From Balanoglossus misakiensis (taxonomy: Eukaryota; Animalia; Hemichordata): 64,000 nt of DNA. Under the pieces are notes generated by a model. That model was given only the letters and a program-made list of their open reading frames with translations, ran no database searches and was not told the origin of the DNA. Position numbers and translations under genes: made by a program. This document shows, piece after piece, positions 1 through 10,730 of this stretch (the first letter of the stretch is position 1; every line of letters starts with the position of its first letter). The DNA lies in NCBI GenBank assembly GCA_040954595.2, contig CM082595.2, positions 519,690-583,689 of the forward strand, given 5' to 3'.

Positions 1-96
1 CCCCTGCTTCGGACAGGGTTGTGTCCTAGTGACGCCTCTGCTTCGTACTGGGTTGTGTCCTAGTGACGCCCCTGCTTCGGACTGGGTTGTGTCCTA
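1..96. repeat. 34-bp tandem repeat, ~2.8 copies, truncated by window start
   Basis: Unit CCCCTGCTTCGGACWGGGTTGTGTCCTAGTGACG starts at 1, 35 and 69 with 1-3 substitutions. Confidence 0.85.
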
Positions 97-786
97 TATG
101 TTGTCAAGGTAAACATTGGTTGTTTGGTCTTCATTTTGTTCAGATTTGTCAAGGTTGGTGTTAGGTTGTGGTCTGTGTACGTTGGTCTTGTTTAGGGTCG
201 GTGGTCTTTTGGGAGGTTTTGGTGTCATTGGTTCGGTTTGTCTGGTAATGGTTGGTAGTTATCTCTGGTTACGTCTTAGCTCACCTTGATGACATTTTGG
301 GAAGTATTGATGACTTTTATGTTGTTTTTTAGTGTTCTTATATTAATTTTGTTTATAAATTTAATAATAATATGTAGTTAAAAGTTTGTATGGTGAATGC
401 TATTTCCATTTTCTAGCTTTGTGGAATGGCATCATACATTGCAACTTAAATTGTATCACTATCCTGTCTTTCCTCTCACTATCCTCTTTCTTAAAAGCTA
501 GGAGCAGAATTGGAAATGACTAAATTTTCAAAATGTTTTCAATTTGGATACTTGTGTTTGTTAAAGTGACAACAAAAAGGTTGTCTAAAGTGCTGCTGAC
601 TAAGCAACCCCAAAACTTGTAAAAATTAAAACTAAAAATTTGCAATGAATTCTGCTCATGGTTCCGTGACAATGTCTTCTTTCTAATGTTATTTGGCATT
701 TGCTTCTGCAAATAAATTGCTTTAGAAATGAAAATGAAATTCAAGAAATTGAAAATCATAGAGAACTTCAACTATATACTGTCACT

Positions 787-804
787 GGACCGCTAGGGGG
801 CGCA
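787..804 (+). promoter_or_regulatory. CTCF-like binding motif
   Basis: GGACCGCTAGGGGGCGCA closely matches the CTCF core CCRSYAGRKGGCGC. Motif match only. Confidence 0.4.
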
Positions 805-1893
805 GCTATTGTAAGCTGTGGATGTCTCAATAAAACCGAGACACATTGCACCAATATTATAATATTCCAACTTTCCCCGCTTATGGCACACTTGGTGTCA
901 TTGGTTTGTCTGGCAGTGATCAGGCATGTGGTTGGACATCACCTAAGGTGAGGACATCACTTTAGGTAATGTCTTGCCCTTGTTTTTAACCTTTGACATA
1001 TAGTGTTTAACCTTTCATGTTATTGCTTATTACTGTTCTTGTTCAATTTATTTGATGTACTTTACAATTTACACTTGGGACAAGTTATAAAGAGAGTGCA
1101 TCTGTCATATATCCCATGTGTTAAATGTCACTCACTGTATGAATTATTTGTAATTTTGCATCATGTACTTAAATTCTGAATTTCTATGTTTTTTTAAGGA
1201 TGACATCCTCAGCAAGGCACGTTTCATATTGTGTTAGCTTCAGGTTTCCAGGTTTTTTCCTGGGCCGACTTGTATGCTGCTATTGCTATGAAATAAAAGC
1301 TGGTTAACTTATATACAAGAATATTGTGTGCTGCATTGTTTTCTGTTTCTTTCCCCATGTCCTATGTATACCATGTGCTACCAGCCTGCTCTTTTAGGTA
1401 GTATATCATATAATGTACACGCCTTGAAAATCACTTTTTTCTTGTATTATGCTGAATGCAACATTTGATTATTCTCTCTTGGAATTGAGAATACGAAGTG
1501 GAGATACTGTGCAAAAATTTGAATGATAGAACTGTCTCAAATTTGAAATTCAAAATGGCTGTCAAATTATTAGTGATTTTTATGAAAACAAAATGAACAT
1601 GCACCCTATTTTTTATATCTTTGTTTTCAAAGAGAATCTTCGCAAACTTCAACATAGGAAAGACACAGTAACTTATACACAAAGACTATATATCTAGGCC
1701 CCATTGTAAAAGTGATTGTATGACACTAACAGAATCAGAAAACTGCTTCGGGAGGGGTGGGGATAGTTGTACGGTAAATGTATTTTGATTATTGCACAAA
1801 ATTTTTAACTTGGCCATCGAGGGCGCTTTTGCCTAGAATGGCCATGTTGCACAGTGCAACGCCCTCATAGGCCAAGGAACGAGTTTATACAAA

Positions 1894-4800
1894 ATGGCGG
1901 CGCCCATTGAAGACGACGACTTGCCTCCAAGGAATGACGATTTTTACTCGTTATTAAACGCACGAAAAGAGGCAAGTGTTGAGTACAGTGTTTATATAGT
2001 TTAAATTTTTAATGATAACATAAAGATCTTAATTATTGAGTGACACGCCGTATAATTCGCTGAAAACAGCGACCCTTGGTCACCGTTTGTGCACGTGCAC
2101 GATATGAATCCGTACCTATGTCAATTTCTCATACATAGTCTATTTTCTTTCAAATAGAATTTTACCTCTTATGTATGGGACTATGGGTGCTTGTTTTCCC
2201 GTCCCAATATTTGCAAAAACATGCTCAGCCTAGCAGTTAGGAGCAGCAAAGTATCATGTAGTGTATAGTGTAGTTCCAGGTTTCACTCAATTTTGCATTT
2301 TTGGAACCAAAAACACCATCCATGATACAAGCCCAGCTTGAGTATGCCTGGCTGCCGCGAAGTGTGTGTATGTGTTGGGAGGGGGGGGGGTAGAGGCATG
2401 GATCAAGATGTGGAGGATAATGTGCAGGCAGTCTTTCTTTACATTTTAGTTCACAAGGAATTATGATTACATGTGAATACAGTAAACGGGACTGAATGTC
2501 ACAATTACCCACGTAATGTTTACAGCAGACCTAAAATAACTACCCACATTCTGTTTAAAACTTTCTTGGAAAATGTAGACGTCATAGGTCATGAATATGC
2601 ATCAGGATCATATAGTTTTATGACACTACTTGTATAGTTTAGCCAAATGATCATTGTATGTTTTGCTCAAACAGGCCACCCAGGATGAGTTAAAAGCAGC
2701 CTATAGGCGAACATGTATGATCTATCATCCAGACAAACACCAAGACCCTCAGAAGAAGGAGGCCGCTGAACAGTTATTCAGCAAAGTTCAAAAAGCATAT
2801 GAAGGTATAACATACAGAATGTCTTTAATATGATATAGGTTTATCAGCACCACAGATTGAGCCACTCAGAGTATTAAACCCTTTCATCCGGGACCACCAT
2901 GATATGGTCCCAATCCATTATTTTATATGGTACATTGATGACTTACTTTTTTTCTATATTTCATGTTTGTTTTTATGTCTCAGTTCTTTCTAATCCTTCA
3001 ACAAGAACAATCTATGACATCTATGGGGTTAAAGGTCTCGAAGCTGGCTGGGACTTGATTGAAAGGACCAGAACCCCAGCCGAGATACAAGAAGAATATG
3101 AACGACTACTGAAGGAGAGAGAGGAAAGGCGTCTTCAACAGAGAACAAATCCAAAGGTGACTCAAGGATCTATGAACACTTCAAAGAGTTCTCCTCAGGA
3201 ATGTCTGATAGAGTATCGGCTAATTTGAGAAACAATACAAATAGTTGTGACGATGAGTTTCTAATCGCTTTTTAGATAATGGAAAAACCAGACATCCAGT
3301 TACTTGAAAAACTACTAGTCTTTGAAAATTTAAATATAATTCTTATTATTTGCAGGGGACCATTACTGTTGGGGTTGATGCGACCAATTTATTTGATCAT
3401 TATGAAGGTTTTGATGACTATGATGATGATAGGTAAGAGAAATCCATCCAATCGTTGATAATCTGTTGATTTGTAAACAAACAACAGGTTAGTATATTTC
3501 AAGTATCAGAACAACACGAGTCATCTATCAAGAGACACATGTCTAACCCAGCTAATATAAAAAAAAGTTTTAAAAAGATAATGTAAGAATGTTAAAAATC
3601 AGCAGCATTGTCCAATTATGCAATGTGTACCAAGTATATTATTTACCACTTTATGTGTTTGTTTATATAGGTCTATTCCTTCTGTTGAAATCAACCACAT
3701 GTCAATAACCCAGGCCATAGAAGCTCCTCTTACTATGACAGAGACTGCCACATTATCAGGACATTTACAAACAGCCAATGGTACGGGCAGTGGACAGATC
3801 TCAACATCATTGAGACATGTGATCTCCTCCAGTGGGTGGGCAGAGGTGAGATGGGGGTGAGATGCAGCCATCATGAATTTGAACTCAAAGCGAGGCCAAT
3901 TGGGAAATCCCCTCGATGTGATTGGTCAACTTTCCCCATTGGCCTCGCTTTGAGTTCAAATTCATGAGGGCGATAGACTTATGAAAAGGGTGTATTTGAT
4001 TTCCTTTAATAGCTCGATCATATCATCTATAATTTCTGTGTTTCTTTTCATTCATATGTCTAAACCTTAGTTTGAATTTGGTGCTGGGAATGGTCCCATG
4101 ATAGGAATCAAAGGCTTTAGAAATATTACCAGGAGAAGGTGAGTAATTGTAAGAGATCTAATTGGCTGTTTCTAACTCATTAGAATGTAAAATCAGTACA
4201 TTATGAGCACTGACCAAAGGTGTTCTTTGTTTTGCCGAGAGATAAGGAATTCTGAGAGAGAAATGTACAGCAACTCAACATCTGTCCATTTCAAGCTGAA
4301 CCAAATGATCATGATGACAACTTTTCTTTTCTAGTTTTGGTACATTTCAAGCTGCTTTCCATGTCACACCAAGAGGGACAATAAGACCAGGTTTTAATAC
4401 AAGTGAGTGCAAGAGGCAATTGTTATTTTATTTTGTTTGATTTTGCTTTGTTTTGTGTACATGTTTCTTTGTATCGCAGTGTTTCATCTAGATGGGGGGA
4501 TTCACCTATTGACATGCTGGCACCCCTTAGCAATTTGTCAAGGGGGGGGGGGGGAACCAGTTCCCCTTAAAATGATGTCATTTACAGTCCCCTCAAATAT
4601 TCCCTTGGTTTGGTTTCAGTGATAGCAAGACAGTTAGATCAACACACAGTTGGTTATATAACATGGAAGTGGGGTGCAGCATCCTCAATGAATACTATGC
4701 TTATACGAGACACTCCGAAAAGTCATCTTATGTTGCAGTGTCAGGTAAGAATTCTGTCACTTTTGATTCTGAGTCTTGCTTGTCTGAACAAAATCAAAAG

Positions 4801-6589
4801 GTTATCATACACTTGCTTATAACACCAAACAAGTACATTGTATAGAAACATGCCTGGCATGGAGTTCTGAATGGATTTTCTGAAGGCTTTCTCACAATCT
4901 TGCTGCAGTCACTCTCTCTATTTGATTCTTTCAACAGTTAGGAATACCTGTATCATATTTACTTGCAAGTTACTCAAGGAAGTTTGAAGAGGAAGGCAAA
5001 GCCAAGATAGCACTCAAGTAAGGCAGAAATTAGTTATTCAAACCATTGAAAAACCCATTTTTATTATTCCTACGTTGAATTAAATAAGTTTATGATGTGT
5101 TTAACTTCCATTGTTTCACAGAGCGGGTACGTTTGGTGCTACATTTGAATATGGTGGAGAGAGAAAGATATCTAGGCACAGCAGACTCGGGGCAACACTC
5201 ACTATTGGTATTCCATTAGGAGTTACTGTACGAATCAAGTAAGTACAGAGAAACCTGTTTTTATAGACACCTCGCTAATCAGGACAGATTTTTCAAGACA
5301 ATAGTTACAGTTTGAATAGAATATTACCTGTCTATAAAGGACACCTCTGTATTGAGACTAAGCCACAACAATGGTTGCATGTATTTGTGAATATCTTTTT
5401 TTCATTGACACAGCTTTCACACTTTCTTTACAGATTAAATCGTGGCAACCAGACATATAGTTTTCCAATCCATCTATCAGATGAAATCAACCCTGTAGCA
5501 ATATTTTATGGAACCATAACGCCTATCACAGCCTTCATTCTGGTGAAGGCATTAATCGTCGACCCGTATCTCAAGAGACAGAAACAGAGGTAGGAGTTCA
5601 TTTCACATTTTAAGCGTGTGTAGTGGATTACTCACAAGTTAGATATAATGTTAATAATAATAAATTATGGATTTTTGCGGACAGGGATGATAAGAAAATG
5701 AAAGAAGAAAATAAAGAAAGAATAGCAAGACAGAAAAGAGAAGCAGAGACAGAGGTAAGTATTTGTCAATCTGTGATGACTTGACAATTTTTTATTTGTG
5801 CTGTGAAAAAAATCAATTATGCATATTAGTATCAAAATTTTAACCCTTACCAAGTATGTGAATTAAATTGTTTAATATTTTTGCATAGGTGGAATTTATG
5901 CAAGAAATGTGTGAAAGGATACGAGAAATAGAAAGCCGAAAGAAAGGCCTGTTGATAGTGAAAGCCTTGTACGGAAAATTAATATCTGAGAGAGGAGAAG
6001 AAGAGATTGGTGAAGCTATCATCGATGTTACTGTCCCAATACAGTGCCAAGTCAAAGATTCTAAACTTCTTCTAACAGAAGTGTCCAAGGTGAGTTCATT
6101 ATTATGAAATCTAAACTATTAAGGAAGTTAACCTGTGACCCTATTATGGGATATACTGTGGATGGATCAACTATTGTTACTTTCCTTGCTATGGAATATT
6201 CTTTTGGAAGTATTACATTTCTTGCTTTTTTCATTGTGTTTCAGAGCTGTCTTCCAGGCTTTTATGATCCATGTGTGGGTGAAGAGAAGAGTCTACGAGT
6301 GTGTTACAGATTTCTAGAGCAACTTCATGAATGTACTGTGCTTGACAACGAATCACTCAAAATACCTAAACAATGTAAGTCAACAAATGTCATTTCTAAA
6401 CCACTGCATGCAAATTCTGTTTCCACATGATGTTGAGAAATGCAAATGTTTATTAGCATGTCACTGAGTAACTTGTTTCCCTATTTGGCCATGTTATTTG
6501 CTGCGGAAAAAGCTATGAGAGTTGGTTTCAAAATGTTTTCATGGAACACATTGTCTCTGTTCACAGCTCACAAGATAAATGAAAGCTGA
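1894..6589 (+). CDS. DNAJC11: DnaJ homolog subfamily C member 11, 15 coding exons
   Basis: Exons 1894-1971, 2675-2804, 2984-3156, 3356-3432, 3671-3845, 4071-4138, 4335-4402, 4620-4744, 4938-5017, 5122-5238, 5434-5589, 5685-5754, 5889-6089, 6245-6374, 6567-6589 join in phase. J-domain [31 protein letters not shown], then [41 protein letters not shown] and [15 protein letters not shown] are DNAJC11 signatures. Intron 1 is GC-AG. Confidence 0.97.
3871..3967. repeat. 30-bp perfect inverted repeat (hairpin or MITE) in DNAJC11 intron 5
   Basis: TCATGAATTTGAACTCAAAGCGAGGCCAAT (3871-3900) is the exact reverse complement of 3938-3967. Confidence 0.85.
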
Positions 6590-7077
6590 GAAAAGTGTAC
6601 AAGCAGATCCTAGTTATTGGACCAACTGGATGTGAACTGGACCGTTACCAGAAGAAAAATTCTGATTGGCTAGTTCATCTGTATTTTATGATGTAAAGAT
6701 GCCCACCAACCAATCAGCAGCTGGCTTCTAAATGTGACCCATGGTCTTCCATCGTTGGTGAACTATTTTATAGCAGACTGTGTGTGTGTGTTGCATATTG
6801 AAATACTGAAGGGCAAAACAAGCTCAGTGGTTGATATGTTGTTAGAAATTCCAAGGCAAGGAAGATGATATGTCATTAATCCCTTTTCTTTGGAAGAAAC
6901 CAACATGAGTAAAGAGAAGAAGATTTAATTTTCTTGCCCCTATTTATAGATTTGACTTCCAACTTTTAAATACATCTAATTACTTTTCTTTCAATGCTTT
7001 AGCATGGGTACTTTGAAGAGGTGTTGATTTTGACTATGGCCAAATTCTTAGTTGCAGTTGATGCATAATACCAAATG

Positions 7078-7108
7078 CATTCATTCATTCATTCATTCAT
7101 TCATTCAT
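7078..7108. repeat. (CATT)n microsatellite
   Basis: About 7.5 perfect CATT units. Confidence 0.9.
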
Positions 7109-8026
7109 ATACTATGAGTTCGAAATACAAACACTGATTTGTAGTTTTGACGATTTTATTCCAGATTGTGTACAGCAGTGTGAAATTTATCCAGTTGAGG
7201 CCCTTCCAATTGTATTACAGTGCTTGATAATTTTAGTTGAAATATTTTTCCAAGGGGTAACTTTTCAGCATTGGTGTTTTTCACTGTATATATTATTGTG
7301 TGTGTCAAGTCCACAGTGTCTGTGTTTAATAAACACTTTGAATTAAAAACCTTTACAATGACTGTTGTCATCTTGTTCTTAGCAGGAGAATCCAGTCTAA
7401 GTGAGTTTTTGATACACACTGGGAAAGTAAAGCCTTTGCAAAATTTCACAGTCCTGATCTGATCCAGATTACTAGAATCACAGATGTAAGAGAACTCAGG
7501 AAGACTCTTTCACCTATTGTTCAGATCATAGCCCTCTACTTGAACAGGATTACAGAATGAATTAATTGGTCAGGCCCCCCCCCCTTTTATTCCATTGTCT
7601 GTAACTACAGCAGGTGGCAATGAGTTGGTTATTCTTTTCTGATTGGCTGGCCTTAGCCAGGTAAGCTGCTTTGATTGGATAACATCACCTGTCTTCACCC
7701 AGCTATGTGGACAGCTCTATCAAGTTGGCCTCAATTGCTTCTTGTCTGTCGAAGTGCAGACATGCTGCTCTGATATTTTCCTCATGTGGACTTGAGTACT
7801 CTACATTCAACAAAAGCAGTAAATTTCACACCATGGGAAAAGAGTTGAAAGACCAAGCTTCGTCAGAAAGTCGTGGAGCATGCCCCAGAAGGATGGAGAC
7901 ACCATCACTACACAGGATTATCAAACCGGGCACTCTGGTATGTGAATGTTATTTTCGTACATTCTAGCAGACTAACTTTTACAGTGATGAATGTAACAGG
8001 CAGGCCGTGTATATTATCCTGATGAG

Positions 8027-8107
8027 CCACTATGGTTTTGTCCAAATCCATTGTTTTCTATGGTAGAGTTCGACCTTTATAGAGGGAATTGGGGGTGAAA
8101 GGGTTAA
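8027..8107. mobile_element. Partial copy of the TTAA-flanked piggyBac-like MITE family
   Basis: CCACTATGGTTTTGTCCAAATCCATTGTTTTCTATGGTAG...GGGGTGAAAGGGTTAA is reverse-complement homologous to 35014-35107. A further partial copy lies at ~8613-8673. Confidence 0.65.
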
Positions 8108-8453
8108 AATATGGACATAGTTATGACTACATAGTTTCTAATATTATTTTATTCAAATGTTCATCTCATTCTGCTGTCCATGTCCAATACATGTGCCATA
8201 CATGACCATTTCCAACAATGATTATCGGAGTATACTGTAGTGAACTTGATACATACGTCAAAATAAACCCAAAAATAATCCGAGATATTTTAAACTGAAC
8301 AAAATTAATTACACCAAGTTAAAAGAAAATACAAGCTCTCATCCCACATTTGAGATTTTAAAAAAATCTTTTAAACTTATATTCAAATAAATACTAACTT
8401 GTTTAAAATTTCCTATTGGTTACAACTTGTCAATCTTTCCAAGGGCTACCTAA

Positions 8454-10210
8454 CTACACCGGTAATGTTTTGCCAACAGTTTTTGTCACTATTGTTGAAA
8501 AAACTTTTGTGAAGAATTTCAGTCCAGTTTGACCTCCTGGAATGTAACTAACAACATACCTGTAAGAAGAAAATACAGAAATTTATTATAAAGTTGTAAA
8601 TTCTACACAATGTTGTAAATCCATTGTTTTCTATGGTATAGTTGGACCTCTAAACAGGGAAACGGGGGTGAAAAATAACTTACCACACTAATGCAATTAT
8701 CTGTATAACAGCACTGACAACTGTAAAAATAGTACTTTTCATCTAAAAGGAAAGGAAACATTAATCAGCATTCATATAAAATTAAATTTCACATAGAATC
8801 TAATCAATGTGCCTGTGTTTCAATATTTATTGTGAAACGGTCAAATACTCACCACCATAGCAAAATATAAAGTAGCAAACATGGACCCAAGGTATGTTGT
8901 TGTAAATGGTAATCTAGATGCTGAAAAAAGGTGTTTGATGTGATTCCAAGGACCCCAGAGAAGAGAAAAACTGAAAATAAGAAAAAAGAGGCAGATTGAA
9001 ACATTAATCTTATAACTTTGTTGCTACGGTAATGCCACTAAAGTCACAATTGATACAGAAATTCAAATCTCTGTGACTGCCAATTTATAAATGCCAGCAA
9101 TACATACCTGCTGATTGTAAATACACTTCCTAGCGTATAAAGAAGTGCAAATTTTCTGGCTTTAACAAGAATGAATGGTGCAAAGAAACCAGCTACAACA
9201 AAACAAAATATTCCGGTGCAAAGACAAGCCATGAAGCCGATGATACGTTGCTTTTTTGTCTGGAAAAAGAAAAGAAAAATGCATTTTAGACTATCTATCT
9301 CAATGTGTAGTGTTCCCTACTGTCTATGAGTGTTCTTTTTGCCTCATAATACTATGTCAGTTGGGTGACACAATTGCACCACAGTCACTATATTGTAATA
9401 GAGGGGCGGTCACTGTGGTAACACATTGAATGAAATCTCAGTAATAAGGCAGTATAGCCTTCTGGTATATTTGCATTGCAACAGCTGCGGCAGTGCAGCA
9501 TATGTTGGAGACAAATCCACATAGTGAAATTAATGATATGCATTTTTCCTTTAACGTTACATGTATCCTTTTTACAAATATTGCGAGTTGAATAAATAGT
9601 TACAAGTCTAATACTTTAAGGCCCTTTTTTTCAATTACACTATGGGCTACCCTCCGTTCCCAAATGAATGTCAAATTCCAATATATGAATTTATTTTGAT
9701 GATGATCAAAGCTAAAATTCTTGAAAGTTGAAGAACAGTTTCCGGATGACGTGTTCTGCACAACGTAAACAAACCCTAGAAATCAACATGTTTACTTCAA
9801 CTTCAAGTTTTCGTGGTATCGATCGTAGACCGTTTTGTGCTAAGGTCTTTGGCTTAAAAAACGTGGCAAAAATCGGGTCGAAAACATCAATAGTACCAGC
9901 GCGTCATAAATCCGATTATGGTGTCATATCGTGCCTAATAACCGCTGGTTTCACTTGTAACGTACTACACAACTATCCAGTGTATCCATCAATGAAATCT
10001 TACCAGAGATGGACACATTGGGTCCTGTTGTGCCTGGTTGAACCAACCGTTGCCATCATCTTCAATCGTGATTTCTTCTTCAGTTTTGCTTCCGAACCAT
10101 GAGCTTATACTGTTCGTGTTGTTAGATGTCGCTTCAGTTGTTTTTGTAGAACTGCTACCTGATTTGGAGGACGAGAGGTATTCCTGTAGCTTAGCATTGA
10201 GGTTCGCCAT
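8454..10210 (-). CDS. SFT2D3: Vesicle transport protein SFT2, SFT2C/SFT2D3-type, 5 coding exons
   Basis: Exons 10210-10004, 9259-9108, 8970-8853, 8742-8684, 8559-8454. N-terminus MANLNAKLQEYL (cf. SFT2D3 MADLHRQLQEYL), LTKKQRIIGF, KARKFALLYTLGS, YVVSYIPGGQTGL and C-terminal KTLPV. Confidence 0.88.
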
Positions 10211-10730
10211 GTTGTTGTTGTGATGTGTGTTTGTTCGTTCACGTACGTCGTTTTACTCGTGAGAAGTACGCCCTCAACGAGGCACTGAACATTTCTGCTG
10301 TTATCCTGCCCGTACGGTTTCTTCTTATAAGAATCTTTCTTATGAATAAGAAATAAGCATTTCTTATAAGAAATTCTTATTCTTATAATCAAAACAATTT
10401 TCCATATGTCAAGATTTTAATTTTTCTATAATATACCATTTACAAACAATTAAGGTATAAAATATAAATTCCTAGCATCATTACAAAAATAGAGTATAAA
10501 ATACAACCTCTCAAACGGATGAGACTTTCCTAAAAACCTGATTTGTATAGATGGCTAAGAAAGTTTTCCAGCACTTTCCAAAGTAGTCAGTTTAACTTTA
10601 TCAGTCTACAAAAGACTTTCTGGGAGTTGTTTATATAATTCCATCAATTTCAAGGATCTCTAGGAATGCTAAGACTTTTGCGAGGAATAATCCTTCTTGT
10701 AGATTGTATGGGATGTGTCAATCGAGCATT

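Noticed and set aside
1-300. 34-bp repeats as a CRISPR array; GT-skewed flank as a minus-strand exon
   Set aside because: Repeats are contiguous with no spacers and the context is eukaryotic. All three minus frames of the flank contain stops.
7707-7967. 86-aa plus ORF with ACCATGG and a CTG|GTATGT donor between DNAJC11 and SFT2D3
   Set aside because: No recognisable protein and no compatible downstream exon found; probably UTR sequence.
9728-10392. ORFs 9728-10102, 10038-10223 and 10105-10392
   Set aside because: Antisense or alternate-frame shadows of SFT2D3 exon 1 and its CpG-rich flank.
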